NCBI RefSeq assembly: GCF_058153355.1
Contig: NZ_CM177019.1
Reading direction: 5' to 3' (one strand)
Length of the DNA: 64,000 nt
Part shown: piece after piece, positions 10,629 to 20,605 of the stretch
Numbering within the stretch: position 1 is the stretch's first letter
Layout: every line of letters begins with the position of its first letter
Notes under the pieces: model-generated
Told to the model about the DNA's origin: nothing
The model's input: the letters and a program-made list of their open reading frames with translations, nothing else
Databases searched by the model: none
Made by a program: the position numbers and the translations under genes

Positions 10629-11525
10629 TTATACAAAAAGTGACAAAAAAGATCGGGTTTGATCACAGTCAGGGATCCCGGCACGCCCACCGGGACGCGT
10701 GCATTTTAACGCCGCCACACCGCTGGCAAAGCGGACGGAATCCGCTAAATCTCCACCTGTTGCCAGCGCCACCGCCAATGCGCCGTGAAAAACATCGCCC
10801 GCACCGGTAGTATCTACCACATCAACTTTGAAAGCTGGCTGATGCTGTCGCCCGCCATTCTCCAGCCAGTCACAGCCTGCACTGCCCTGAGTAACATAGA
10901 CATGTCCATTTGTGAGCGTTTGTGCCTGTTTTAGGGCACTCGCCATCTCTTTCACGCCCGTTAGCCGCGCCAGACCCGGTTCTGAAAAAGCAGCATGATC
11001 GCTTAACGCCACCAGCTCACTGATATCCTGCGGCGTAATATCACCGTCCAGCACGGTCATCACGCCCACCTGCCGCGCCAGAGTGAAGGCTTTTTTTGCG
11101 CCGTCGTGCCAGCGTACATCTGCCAGCACCACGTCCCACTGAGAGAAATCAATTTCCTCCAACCACTCTGCGTCAGGCAGCAGGTCCGGGCTGGGATAGT
11201 TAATGATGATTCGCTCGCCTTTGGCATCCACCATGATGGCGGATTGCGAAGATTTCGCCTGGTTATACCGCTTGGTGTAACGGGTGTTAACGCCCCAGGA
11301 TTCCAGCTCTGCCAGCAGGCTGTTTCCCGTGTCGTCGTCACCGACGCGACCAATAAAATCGACCTGCGCACCTAGTCTGGCCGCCGCAACTGCTGCTGTA
11401 GCCGCTGGCCCGCCGCCGACTTCCGTATAATTTTTCGCCACGTATTTACCGCTCTCCGTCGGCAATCCTTCCACGTAATAGATGCGATCCATCACGGTAA
11501 TTCCTACACAAGCAACACGAATCAT
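10629..11525 (-). CDS. yihV: PfkB-family sugar kinase (6-deoxy-6-sulfofructose kinase)
   Basis: Ribokinase/PfkB motifs (GGxxAN near N-terminus, DTTGAGD near C-terminus); sulfoquinovose cluster context. Confidence 0.85.
   Translation of the reverse strand: MIRVACVGITVMDRIYYVEGLPTESGKYVAKNYTEVGGGPAATAAVAAARLGAQVDFIGRVGDDDTGNSLLAELESWGVNTRYTKRYNQAKSSQSAIMVDAKGERIIINYPSPDLLPDAEWLEEIDFSQWDVVLADVRWHDGAKKAFTLARQVGVMTVLDGDITPQDISELVALSDHAAFSEPGLARLTGVKEMASALKQAQTLTNGHVYVTQGSAGCDWLENGGRQHQPAFKVDVVDTTGAGDVFHGALAVALATGGDLADSVRFASGVAALKCTRPGGRAGIPDCDQTRSFLSLFV
10634..10651. promoter_or_regulatory. AAAAAGTGACA-type repeat, candidate CsqR operator (copy 1)
   Basis: caaaaagtgacaaaaaag lies between the yihW start and yihV stop; the same core recurs twice in the yihV-yihU divergent region. 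Confidence 0.35.
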
Positions 11526-11575
11526 GGTCATTCCTTAAGCATTTTGGGATGCGTTCATTTTAATTTCATCAATTG

Positions 11576-11677
11576 TTTAAAAAGTGACGGCTGTCAATTT
11601 TTTGACGATAAATTACAAATACGATCAAAAACAGACAAGCAAGACATGTCATAAATGACAAAAAGTGACATCACTGT
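11576..11677. promoter_or_regulatory. yihV-yihU divergent promoter region with two AAAAAGTGAC repeats and palindromes (candidate CsqR operators)
   Basis: ttaaaaagtgacggctgtcaattttttgac (palindromic TGACGGCTGTCA and GTCAAttttttGAC) and atgacaaaaagtgacatcactgt (palindrome GACATGTC nearby); AT-rich 160-bp divergent intergenic region. Confidence 0.4.
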
Positions 11678-11692
11678 ATTCAGGAGAGGGTT

Positions 11693-12589
11693 ATGGCAGC
11701 AATCGCGTTTATCGGTTTAGGGCAAATGGGTTCGCCAATGGCGAGCAATTTATTGCAGCAAGGGCATCAACTTTGCGTCTTCGATGTGAATGCCGAAGCC
11801 GTACAGCATCTGGTAGACAAAGGGGCGACTCCCGCTGCTAACCCAGCGCAGGCCGCTAAAGGTGCCGAATTTATCATTACCATGTTGCCGAATGGCGATC
11901 TGGTGCGTCACGTGTTGTTCGGTGAAAACGGTGTCTGTGAGAGCTTATCTTCCGATGCGCTGGTCATTGATATGTCGACCATCCACCCCCTGCAAACCGA
12001 TAAATTGATTGCTGATATGCAGGCCAGAGGCTTCAGCATGATGGATGTTCCGGTTGGCCGTACTTCCGCAAATGCCATTACCGGTACTCTGCTCCTGTTG
12101 GCTGGCGGCACTGCTGAACAAGTTGAACGCGCCACGCCGATCCTGATGGCGATGGGCAGCGAGTTGATCAACGCGGGCGGTCCGGGCATGGGGATCCGCG
12201 TTAAGCTTATCAACAACTACATGAGCATCGCGCTCAATGCGTTGTCGGCAGAAGCCGCCGTTTTGTGCGAAGCCCTCAATCTTCCCTTCGATGTTGCCGT
12301 CAAGGTAATGAGCGGTACTGCCGCCGGTAAAGGCCACTTCACCACTTCCTGGCCGAACAAAGTCCTCAGTGGAGATCTCTCTCCCGCCTTCATGATCGAT
12401 CTTGCCCATAAGGATCTTGGCATCGCCCTCGATGTCGCCAACCAGTTGCATGTGCCGATGCCGCTGGGCGCCGCCTCACGAGAGGTTTATAGCCAGGCGC
12501 GCGCAGCAGGTCGCGGTCGCCAGGACTGGTCCGCCATTCTGGAGCAGGTCCGTGTCAGTGCCGGGATGACTGCCAAAGTAAAAATGTAA
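11693..12589 (+). CDS. yihU: 3-sulfolactaldehyde reductase (NAD-binding beta-hydroxyacid dehydrogenase family)
   Basis: 298 aa, N-terminal Rossmann motif [10 protein letters not shown]; synteny. Confidence 0.9.
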   Translation: MAAIAFIGLGQMGSPMASNLLQQGHQLCVFDVNAEAVQHLVDKGATPAANPAQAAKGAEFIITMLPNGDLVRHVLFGENGVCESLSSDALVIDMSTIHPLQTDKLIADMQARGFSMMDVPVGRTSANAITGTLLLLAGGTAEQVERATPILMAMGSELINAGGPGMGIRVKLINNYMSIALNALSAEAAVLCEALNLPFDVAVKVMSGTAAGKGHFTTSWPNKVLSGDLSPAFMIDLAHKDLGIALDVANQLHVPMPLGAASREVYSQARAAGRGRQDWSAILEQVRVSAGMTAKVKM

Positions 12590-12612
12590 CGACTGGATAA
12601 AGGAATAAATGA

Positions 12613-13491
12613 ATGAATAAGTACACCATCAACGACATTACGCGCGCATCGGGCGGTTTTGCCATGCTGGCAGTCGATCAGCGCGAAGCCATGCGCATGA
12701 TGTTTGCCGCGTCTGGCGCACCCGCTCCAGTAGCCGATAGCGTTTTAACTGATTTCAAAGTTAACGCCGCGAAGACGCTTTCACCTTATGCATCGGCGAT
12801 TCTGGTAGATCAACAATTCTGCTACCGCCAGGTGGTTGAGCAAAACGCGATTGCCAAAAGTTGCGCCATGATTGTCGCCGCCGATGAGTTCATCCCTGGC
12901 AACGGTATTCCGGTAGATAGCGTAGTCATTGACCGCAAAATCAACCCGCTACAAATCAAACAAGACGGTGGCAAAGCCCTGAAACTACTGGTGCTGTGGC
13001 GTAGTGATGAAGATGCGCAGCAACGCCTGGATATGGTGAAAGAGTTCAATGAACTGTGCCACTCACACGGTCTGGTGAGCATCATTGAGCCAGTCGTCCG
13101 CCCACCGCGTCGTGGCGATAAATTCGATCGCGAACAAGCGATCATCGATGCCGCTAAAGAGCTGGGCGACAGTGGCGCTGACCTCTACAAAGTTGAAATG
13201 CCGCTTTATGGCAAAGGTCCGCAACAAGAGCTTCTCAGTGCTTCACAACGTCTGAATGACCATATCAATATGCCGTGGGTGATCCTCTCATCCGGCGTCG
13301 ACGAAAAACTGTTCCCGCGTGCCGTACGCGTGGCAATGACAGCGGGTGCATCGGGCTTCCTGGCTGGTCGTGCCGTCTGGGCATCGGTTGTCGGTTTACC
13401 GGACAACGAGCTGATGCTGCGTGACGTTTGCGCACCGAAATTACAACAACTTGGCGATATCGTCGACGAAATGATGGCTAAACGCCGTTAA
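12613..13491 (+). CDS. yihT: 6-deoxy-6-sulfofructose-1-phosphate aldolase
   Basis: 292 aa class I aldolase-like (LacD/FbaB-like) protein; synteny. Confidence 0.9.
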   Translation: MNKYTINDITRASGGFAMLAVDQREAMRMMFAASGAPAPVADSVLTDFKVNAAKTLSPYASAILVDQQFCYRQVVEQNAIAKSCAMIVAADEFIPGNGIPVDSVVIDRKINPLQIKQDGGKALKLLVLWRSDEDAQQRLDMVKEFNELCHSHGLVSIIEPVVRPPRRGDKFDREQAIIDAAKELGDSGADLYKVEMPLYGKGPQQELLSASQRLNDHINMPWVILSSGVDEKLFPRAVRVAMTAGASGFLAGRAVWASVVGLPDNELMLRDVCAPKLQQLGDIVDEMMAKRR

Positions 13492-13506
13492 GATGAGGAT
13501 ACAAAA

Positions 13507-14748
13507 ATGAAATGGTTTAACACCTTAAGTCACAACCGTTGGCTGGAACAGGAAACCGATCGCATCTTTGATTTTGGTAAAAATTCCGTAGTACCGACTG
13601 GCTTTGGCTGGTTAGGCAATAAAGGGCAAATCAAAGAAGAGATGGGCACCCATCTGTGGATCACCGCCCGTATGTTGCACGTGTATTCCGTTGCTGCGGC
13701 GATGGGTCGACCTGGCGCTTACTCGTTGGTTGATCATGGTATCAAAGCCATGAACGGCGCACTGCGCGATAAAAAATATGGCGGCTGGTATGCCTGTGTC
13801 AATGACGAGGGCGTGGTGGATGCCTCCAAACAGGGCTATCAACATTTCTTTGCCCTGCTGGGTGCCGCCAGTGCCGTCACAACGGGTCACCCGGAAGCGC
13901 GTAAGCTGCTCGATTACACCATTGAAATTATCGAGAAATACTTCTGGAGCGAAGAAGAGCAGATGTGCCTGGAATCCTGGGACGAAGCCTTCAGCAAAAC
14001 CGAAGAGTACCGCGGCGGCAATGCCAATATGCACGCGGTGGAAGCTTTCTTGATTGTTTATGACGTAACGCATGACAAAAAATGGCTGGATCGCGCGATT
14101 CGCGTGGCTTCCGTCATTATCCACGACGTCGCCAGAAATAATCATTATCGCGTTAACGAGCACTTCGATACCCAGTGGAATCCGCTGCCGGATTACAACA
14201 AAGATAACCCGGCGCACCGCTTCCGCGCATTCGGAGGCACGCCGGGCCACTGGATCGAATGGGGCCGTTTAATGCTGCATATCCACGCTGCCCTGGAAGC
14301 CCGTTGCGAACAGCCTCCGGCCTGGTTGCTAGAAGATGCCAAAGGTCTGTTCAACGCTACCGTGCGCGATGCCTGGGCGCCCGATGGTGCCGACGGGATT
14401 GTTTATACCGTTGACTGGGAAGGCAAACCGGTGGTCCGCGAACGTGTGCGTTGGCCTATCGTCGAAGCGATGGGTACGGCCTACGCGCTCTACACCGTCA
14501 CTGGCGATCGCCAGTACGAAACCTGGTATCAGACATGGTGGGACTACTGCATTAAGTACCTGATGGACTACGAAAACGGTTCCTGGTGGCAGGAGCTGGA
14601 TGCGGACAACAAGGTCACCACCAAAGTCTGGGACGGTAAACAGGATATTTACCACCTGCTGCATTGCCTGGTGATCCCGCGTATCCCGTTAGCACCAGGC
14701 CTGGCACCGGCTGTTGCCGCAGGCCTGCTGGACGTTAACGCGAAATAA
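13507..14748 (+). CDS. yihS: Sulfoquinovose isomerase (AGE / N-acyl-glucosamine 2-epimerase fold)
   Basis: 413 aa; synteny with yihT/yihU. Intact, ending 38 bp before the Mu right end. Confidence 0.9.
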   Translation: MKWFNTLSHNRWLEQETDRIFDFGKNSVVPTGFGWLGNKGQIKEEMGTHLWITARMLHVYSVAAAMGRPGAYSLVDHGIKAMNGALRDKKYGGWYACVNDEGVVDASKQGYQHFFALLGAASAVTTGHPEARKLLDYTIEIIEKYFWSEEEQMCLESWDEAFSKTEEYRGGNANMHAVEAFLIVYDVTHDKKWLDRAIRVASVIIHDVARNNHYRVNEHFDTQWNPLPDYNKDNPAHRFRAFGGTPGHWIEWGRLMLHIHAALEARCEQPPAWLLEDAKGLFNATVRDAWAPDGADGIVYTVDWEGKPVVRERVRWPIVEAMGTAYALYTVTGDRQYETWYQTWWDYCIKYLMDYENGSWWQELDADNKVTTKVWDGKQDIYHLLHCLVIPRIPLAPGLAPAVAAGLLDVNAK

Positions 14749-14781
14749 CTGAGCTGAAATAACGGCATATCAGGCTACATG

Positions 14782-14786
14782 CCGGG
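14782..14786. repeat. Target-site duplication CCGGG (right-end flank of Mu)
   Basis: Identical 5-mer occurs immediately outside both Mu termini (14782..14786 and 51507..51511); fits the Mu target preference N-Y-G/C-R-N. Confidence 0.9.
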
Positions 14787-14901
14787 TGAAGCGGCGCACG
14801 AAAAACGCGAAAGCGTTTCACGATAAATGCGAAAACTTTAGCTTTCGCGCTTCAAATGAAACAGCAGTATTAATTACTGCTTTTTATTCATTGCATGGGG
14901 A

Positions 14902-15627
14902 TCACTTAGGGTATGGCTGAACCCTGAATAGTTTGGTATTTAGCCGCTTCCTTGCTCGCTTGTTCAGGAATCTGATATAGCGATACTGATTAAATTTGTG
15001 CACTACGGCACGCTCTTTATTAGCCCGTAAATACACGCCTCGTTGTCCACCTCGCTTAATCGCGTTCATCGTTATCTCGTGATACCACTCACCATCCAGC
15101 TCGTAGAACGTACTTTCATGACTGCCAATAAAATCAAAATTCGACGCCTGATACACAACGCCTGCGCGTCCGCAGCGTTCGTCAGCAAAGGACTGAACCC
15201 ACTCCACTGACGGATACAGTAATCTGATAACTTTCAGCGCGTAGCTGATGGCCCGTGATTCAGAGTTGCGGGGCATGTCGTCGTGTAGCCACATGCGGTT
15301 CAACTCCATATAGCCCCGGTTATCCGTTTCAAGCACGACACGACGACCTGAGTTGGGGTTAAGGGCATATCCCCACTGGAGAACGCCAACCAGATCGCGC
15401 CCGCTGAATACTCCCAGGTGGAGGTAAGAGTTATTCACAAAACGGCGGGAATAGTGCTTTGTCTGAATAATTGTGCGGGCCAGCCAGCAGGATATGGTTT
15501 CAACGCGCAGCTCCTTTGAACCATAGCCAACAATCTGGCCTTCATACTCAATAACGCACGGTTTCGTCAGAATGCGTGATTTTTTCTCTTTTCCCACAAT
15601 GTTTCTCCGTGGGATGCTCGCAGGCAT
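14902..15627 (-). CDS. mom: Mu Mom DNA-modification protein (anti-restriction)
   Basis: Last gene before the Mu right end; 5' end overlaps com, the characteristic com-mom arrangement. True start may be internal to the 241-aa ORF. Confidence 0.8.
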   Translation of the reverse strand: MPASIPRRNIVGKEKKSRILTKPCVIEYEGQIVGYGSKELRVETISCWLARTIIQTKHYSRRFVNNSYLHLGVFSGRDLVGVLQWGYALNPNSGRRVVLETDNRGYMELNRMWLHDDMPRNSESRAISYALKVIRLLYPSVEWVQSFADERCGRAGVVYQASNFDFIGSHESTFYELDGEWYHEITMNAIKRGGQRGVYLRANKERAVVHKFNQYRYIRFLNKRARKRLNTKLFRVQPYPK

Positions 15628-15736
15628 TCAGCATTATGATGTGACGTTTGCAACGCGGACACCTGATTTCAATGTGATCAAAGGAATCCGCCTTAAATAA
15701 CAGTTTGTTGCAGTTTTTACAGCGAATTGATTTCAT
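15548..15736 (-). CDS. com: Mu Com zinc-finger translational activator of mom
   Basis: 62 aa with CxxC...CxxC zinc finger ([13 protein letters not shown]...CPRCK); overlaps the mom start. Confidence 0.85.
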   Translation of the reverse strand: MKSIRCKNCNKLLFKADSFDHIEIRCPRCKRHIIMLNACEHPTEKHCGKREKITHSDETVRY

Positions 15737-15804
15737 CTCACCTCCTTTGCATCAATTCGCCACTATCTTAAAAAACATCATGGGTTGAGTGTGGTTATTG
15801 GGGC

Positions 15805-15850
15805 ATAATCGATCTGTATTACCGATCGATTTGATTGATTCGATCGTCGT
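15805..15850. promoter_or_regulatory. mom/com upstream regulatory region with three clustered GATC (Dam) sites
   Basis: GATC at 15811, 15824 and 15842 within 35 bp, just upstream of com; matches the known Dam/OxyR-controlled region of the Mu mom promoter. Confidence 0.6.
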
Positions 15851-16412
15851 TTTCTATATGCGTTCGTTTCGCGGGGTGTTTTTTATACAGAGTTGACAGG
15901 GCCACATCGTAGATCAATGCAACCTGCTTGCGGGGGATTCCTTGTGCTAATAAACGCCCGGCCTGCTCCCATTCCGCTTTGGTTAGTTTAGGTGGTCGCC
16001 CACCAATACGGCCTTTATTTCTGGCGGCAGCAAGTCCAGCCATCGTTCGCTCGATGATTAGTTCTCGTTCCATTTCAGCTAGGGCACCCATAACGTGGAA
16101 GAAAAAACGCCCCATTGGAGAAGATGTATCTATGCTGTCGGTCAGACTGCGAAAATTAATCCCTCGCTCCCGTAGTTCCCCGACGAGAGAAATCAGATGT
16201 TTCATGCTTCGCCCGAGACGATCCAGTTTCCAGACAACCAGCGTGTCACCTTTTTGAAGGCGCTTTAAAGCGCGTTTTAATCCCGGTCGGTCTGTCTTTG
16301 TCCCGCTTAATTTATCTTCAAATATTTGTTCACATCCTGCACAAACAAGAGCGTTTCGTTGCAGGTCTGTATTCTGGTCATTTGTTGATACCCTTACATA
16401 GCCAATCAGCAC
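15819..16412 (-). CDS. gin: Gin serine recombinase (DNA invertase of the G segment)
   Basis: Resolvase/invertase N-terminus (LIGYVRVSTNDQ, catalytic Ser) and C-terminal HTH; likely GTG start at 16412 preceded by GGGAGA (ORF track 15819..16430). Confidence 0.85.
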   Translation of the reverse strand: MLIGYVRVSTNDQNTDLQRNALVCAGCEQIFEDKLSGTKTDRPGLKRALKRLQKGDTLVVWKLDRLGRSMKHLISLVGELRERGINFRSLTDSIDTSSPMGRFFFHVMGALAEMERELIIERTMAGLAAARNKGRIGGRPPKLTKAEWEQAGRLLAQGIPRKQVALIYDVALSTLYKKHPAKRTHIENDDRINQIDR

Positions 16413-16466
16413 GCTGAATCTCCCGTCCAAAAGCGCAAATCATGCCATGCAGGCCGGAAACGGCCA

Positions 16467-16500
16467 TTATCTAAAACCTCGGTTTACAGGAAACGGTAAA
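16467..16500. repeat. gix recombination site, gin-proximal inverted repeat bounding the G segment
   Basis: ttatctaaaacctcggtttacaggaaacggtaaa is the near-perfect inverted copy (2 mismatches) of 19537..19570. Confidence 0.8.
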
Positions 16501-16537
16501 CAAGGCTGGTAACGCTGTTCAAAAGACAGGTGATACC

Positions 16538-17503
16538 TTGTCCGGTGGACTTACTTTTGAAAACGACTCAATCCTTGCCTGGATTCGAAATACTGACTGG
16601 GCAAAGATTGGGTTTAAAAATAATTCGGATGCAGACACCGATTCCTACATGTGGTTTGAAACAGGCGACAACGGCAATGAATATTTCAAATGGAGACACC
16701 ACCTCACTGGCGGCCGGGTTAAAGACCTGATGAATCTTAAATGGGATGCTCTGTATGTTCTTGTGAAAGCCCTTTTCAGCAGTGAAGTGAAAATATCGAC
16801 AGTCAATGCACTGAGGATATTTAATTCATCTTTTGGTGCCATTTTTCGTCGTTCTGAAGAATGCCTGCATATCATCCCTACACGAGAGAATGAGGGGGAA
16901 AATGGTGATATAGGGCCACTACGCCCCTTTACGCTTAATCTCAGAACTGGCCGGATAAGCATGGGGCATGGTCTTGATGTTACAGGGGATATATTTGCAA
17001 ACCGTTTTGCAATTAACAGTAGTACCGGCATGTGGATTCATATGCGTGACCAGAATGTTATTCTGGGCCGTAATGCGGTATCCAACGATGGTGCGCAGGC
17101 ATTGCTTCGCCAGGACCATACCGACCGTAAATTCGTAATTGGTGGGCTGGGGAATAAGCAATTTGGCATCTACATGATTAATAACTCAAGGACAGCCAAT
17201 GGCACCGATGGTCAGGCGTACATGGATAATAACGGTAACTGGCTTTGTGGTGCGCAAGTTATTCCCGGCAATTATGGCAATTTTGACTCCAGATATGTGA
17301 AAGATGTCCGGCTTGGCTCACAGCAATATTATGGTGTGAATAACTGGCAAACATGGAATTTCCAGTGCCCGTCAGGCTATGTACTGACGGGGATTAACGT
17401 ACAGGATACCGGAAAAAACTCTGCCGATAATATTGCAGGCGTTCATTACAGGCCAGTGCAAAAGTATATAAATGGCACCTGGTATAATGTGGCGAGTATT
17501 TAA
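16538..17503 (+). CDS. Alternative tail-fibre variable part S'v (silent in this orientation)
   Basis: Inside the G segment on the opposite strand to S; C-terminus ([10 protein letters not shown]) resembles the S C-terminus (NGTWYNAGSI). A complete gene would form only after inversion. Confidence 0.6.
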   Translation: MSGGLTFENDSILAWIRNTDWAKIGFKNNSDADTDSYMWFETGDNGNEYFKWRHHLTGGRVKDLMNLKWDALYVLVKALFSSEVKISTVNALRIFNSSFGAIFRRSEECLHIIPTRENEGENGDIGPLRPFTLNLRTGRISMGHGLDVTGDIFANRFAINSSTGMWIHMRDQNVILGRNAVSNDGAQALLRQDHTDRKFVIGGLGNKQFGIYMINNSRTANGTDGQAYMDNNGNWLCGAQVIPGNYGNFDSRYVKDVRLGSQQYYGVNNWQTWNFQCPSGYVLTGINVQDTGKNSADNIAGVHYRPVQKYINGTWYNVASI

Positions 17504-18032
17504 TATGATGCACTTAAAGAACATAAAAGCGGGTAATGCTAAAACACCAGAACAGTATGAGTTAACAAAGAAACACGGAGTTATCTGGCTTTACTCTGAG
17601 GACGGAAAAAACTGGTATGAGGAAGTGAAGAACTTTCAGCCGGATACAATAAAGATTGTTTACGACGAAAATAATATTATTGTCGCCGTCACTAAAGATG
17701 CCTCCACGCTTAATCCTGAAGGTTTTAGCGTCGTTGAAATCCCCGATATAACAGCTAACCGTCGTGCCGATGATTCAGGGAAGTGGATGTTTAAGGACGG
17801 AGCGGTGGTCAGGAGGACTTATACAGCAGACGAACAGCAGCAACAGGCCGAATCACAAAAGGCCGAGTTACTTTCCGAAGCTGAATCAGTCATCCAGCCG
17901 CTGGAACGCGCTGTCAGGCTGAATATGGCAACAGACGAGGAACGCACACGACTGGAAGCATGGGAACGCTACAGTGTTCTGATCAGCCGTGTGGATACGG
18001 CAAAGCCCGAATGGCCACAAAAACCTGAGTAA
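17472..18032 (+). CDS. Alternative tail-fibre assembly protein U' (silent in this orientation)
   Basis: 186 aa paralogue of U ([11 protein letters not shown]... versus MMHLKNISAGN...), inside the G segment. Confidence 0.7.
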   Translation: MAPGIMWRVFNMMHLKNIKAGNAKTPEQYELTKKHGVIWLYSEDGKNWYEEVKNFQPDTIKIVYDENNIIVAVTKDASTLNPEGFSVVEIPDITANRRADDSGKWMFKDGAVVRRTYTADEQQQQAESQKAELLSEAESVIQPLERAVRLNMATDEERTRLEAWERYSVLISRVDTAKPEWPQKPE

Positions 18033-18060
18033 AAATTAAGGCCCGATATCGGGCCTTCTC

Positions 18061-18594
18061 TCATTCTGGTTGTTCGGGAAACGTTACTGGCAGGCTGGAG
18101 GTGTCTGTGGATTCGACCTTCTGCGCATAGAGCATCCACTCGGTTAATTTTTGTTTATTCTCGTCGGAAATAATGCCCAGCCGTAGCTGTGAGTCCCACA
18201 GCTGGGTTTTATCCCTGACGAGCTGTAGCAGGCTTTGCTTTTCATTTTCCGCTTGTTGCCTCTGCTCTTCCCCGGTATAAGTTCGCTTTATCACTACGCC
18301 ATCTTTGAACATCCATTTACCTGAAATATCAGCCCGGCGATTTGCTGTAATATCAGGAACCTCAACGACGCTTGCGCCTTCCGGATTAATTGCTGAAACA
18401 TCCTTTTCAATACAAATAATAACGCCGTTGTGGTCATAGACCATTTTCAACGTATCAGGCTGAAAGTTCTTTTGTTCCTCATACCAGTTTTTCCCATCCT
18501 CTGTATAAAGCCATTTGATGTTAAATTGCTTTGTTAGCTGGTATTGCTCTTTTGTTTCAGGATTACCAGCAGAAATGTTTTTTAAGTGCATCAT
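18061..18594 (-). CDS. U: Tail-fibre assembly protein U
   Basis: 177 aa, directly downstream of S on the same strand. Confidence 0.8.
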   Translation of the reverse strand: MMHLKNISAGNPETKEQYQLTKQFNIKWLYTEDGKNWYEEQKNFQPDTLKMVYDHNGVIICIEKDVSAINPEGASVVEVPDITANRRADISGKWMFKDGVVIKRTYTGEEQRQQAENEKQSLLQLVRDKTQLWDSQLRLGIISDENKQKLTEWMLYAQKVESTDTSSLPVTFPEQPE

Positions 18595-18596
18595 CG

Positions 18597-20063
18597 TTAA
18601 ATACTCCCCGCGTTATACCACGTCCCATTAATGCAATACTGAACTGGCCTTGCCTGAGTTGTATCAATTAGTTCATCTCTGTTTGAGTTAACGGAACCGG
18701 TAACAACATAACCTGACCTGTCAGACCAGCCGGGACCATTCCATGTCTGAACAGATGACAGACCACCAAGGCGAATACCTGTAATAAACCTTGAGTTACA
18801 TTCTGCCTGCGTATATGCGCCAACATCTCTCGCTGATGGCTTGCGTGTTGTGGTGTAAAACTCTGACCAGCCAGCCTCAAATCCATAACCATCACGCGCT
18901 GAACGATAAAAAATACCGCCGTTCCTGTAATTCACACGGAACTGTACGGCAGGGCAACTCCCCGTATTCATATTGAAGTGGAGGATTAATGTTGTTGCGC
19001 CACCAATATTTGCGTTATAGACCCCGCTATTCCAGTTCCAGCCAACGGCTTTGTCGTTTCCGACGGTATTTCCTGTTTGCCCTAAAGCAAATGCAGGCTG
19101 CTGGTTTTTCGTGTTGTAGTCTCGTCGCCAGCCAGGAGCGTAAGCATCACCATGATTAATATAAGTGAATTGAGCGTTAGTGATTCCGCCGCCGCTGGAC
19201 GTGCCCGGCGTGGTAACGCGTATGGTCATTGCGCCGCGGGTGCCAATAACTTCCACCACAGCACCTGCAAGACAAATATTTCCGCAACCTGTATCTGTAA
19301 TGACCTTATTATTTGCATAAGCCCATGAGCCTTTGCACATCCAGTAAGGATGGTTAAATGCTCCCTGACTCTCCAGCCACGAAATAAATTGCGCAGTTGT
19401 CCAGACCTGACTATCGCCACCAATATCCACCCATGCGCTATATGCGCGACAGGCACCAATATTTTTGGTGAAGGTATCTTTTCCTGGAATATCTGCGCCG
19501 TTCTGGTTTTTCTGTAATGCGCCAGAAGCCTGATTTACCGTTTCCTGCAAACCGAGGTTTTGGATAAACAGCGGCTTATTGGGAATATCTGCTCCGTTCC
19601 GGTCTTTTGCCAGACGGGCATTGGCATTATCCATCGCAATTTTCACCGCTTTTGCGGTGGCTGCCAGCGTTTCACTGGGGCTGTCAGTGGCACTGGTTAG
19701 CTGAACGAGTCCTTTTTTGTTCAGGCTGGCATCATAGATATCCAGATTTTCACGTGCTGTACGCTGTGCTGATGCCCCGGCAGTTTTAATTTCGCTGAGG
19801 TTATTTTTTATCAGCAGCGCGTTCTTGTTCATGATGGCTTTAATGGACAGTGCAAGCTGGTTTAATTTTGTTTTATCCGGTTGAATACCGGCTTCTTCCA
19901 GCGTGTTTAATAACTCCGCCTGCACAATATTAAACCAGTCCATGCCGGGCCATGTGATAACATTATTCCCGTCACCTTCTGAAAACCAGCGAACGATAGC
20001 ACTACGCTTGGCGGATACGGGCGGCATGACGGTTACGCCGCTGTCGTTATCAATATAAAACAT
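18597..20063 (-). CDS. S: Tail fibre protein S (constant part outside G, variable part inside G)
   Basis: 488 aa; ORF crosses the gix boundary at about 19570. Confidence 0.8.
   Translation of the reverse strand: MFYIDNDSGVTVMPPVSAKRSAIVRWFSEGDGNNVITWPGMDWFNIVQAELLNTLEEAGIQPDKTKLNQLALSIKAIMNKNALLIKNNLSEIKTAGASAQRTARENLDIYDASLNKKGLVQLTSATDSPSETLAATAKAVKIAMDNANARLAKDRNGADIPNKPLFIQNLGLQETVNQASGALQKNQNGADIPGKDTFTKNIGACRAYSAWVDIGGDSQVWTTAQFISWLESQGAFNHPYWMCKGSWAYANNKVITDTGCGNICLAGAVVEVIGTRGAMTIRVTTPGTSSGGGITNAQFTYINHGDAYAPGWRRDYNTKNQQPAFALGQTGNTVGNDKAVGWNWNSGVYNANIGGATTLILHFNMNTGSCPAVQFRVNYRNGGIFYRSARDGYGFEAGWSEFYTTTRKPSARDVGAYTQAECNSRFITGIRLGGLSSVQTWNGPGWSDRSGYVVTGSVNSNRDELIDTTQARPVQYCINGTWYNAGSI
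19537..19570. repeat. gix recombination site, S-proximal inverted repeat
   Basis: tttaccgtttcctgcaaaccgaggttttggataaaca; inverted copy of 16467..16500. Confidence 0.8.
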
Positions 20064-20605
20064 TAGTTATCTCCGTCATGGTAAACAAATTTATAAATCT
20101 GATGTGCGGGTTTATATTTCTCCAGTAAACATTCCAGTGCACCCGATTCATAAACACGTAACGGCGTCAGAACATTATCCAGCACCGTTGCGTTGCGATA
20201 ATTTTTAATACCGTAAATATTGACCTGCGTAACCCACTGGCCTTCTGTGGAATCCGTCAGTCTGACGGTAAAACCGTACTGCGCAGCCAGCCATTCATAA
20301 AAGCGCCGACTCAGATTGCCGGTCATACGCATTTTATTTGCGGCAGCCCGCTGGCGTTCGGACAGGGTGCCGTTTTCGCTTGTACAGTCCGGCAACCCCA
20401 GAAATGATTCCCACTCCCTCAGATACCAGCGGGATGTGGACGGGAAACGCTCCCGCAGCATTTGCCGCGCATCATCCGCCGCAGTGGCAATCACATCGCT
20501 GATGGCCTGCGCCAGCGCAGATAATTTGCTGTCGGGGCTTTTATTCCAGGCAAGCCCTGACGGCAGTAATTGCAGAAAGGCAGCCTGATACGGTGTTACA
20601 GCCAT
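20063..20605 (-). CDS. Mu tail/baseplate protein (R position)
   Basis: 180 aa, between W and S in Mu gene order. Confidence 0.6.
   Translation of the reverse strand: MAVTPYQAAFLQLLPSGLAWNKSPDSKLSALAQAISDVIATAADDARQMLRERFPSTSRWYLREWESFLGLPDCTSENGTLSERQRAAANKMRMTGNLSRRFYEWLAAQYGFTVRLTDSTEGQWVTQVNIYGIKNYRNATVLDNVLTPLRVYESGALECLLEKYKPAHQIYKFVYHDGDN

Larger units (their letters stand above)
16467..19570. other. Invertible G segment (about 3.1 kb) in G(+) orientation
   Basis: Bounded by inverted gix repeats. The S constant region outside the segment is contiguous with Sv-U on the minus strand; the alternative S'v-U' pair lies on the plus strand with no upstream constant region. Confidence 0.8.
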
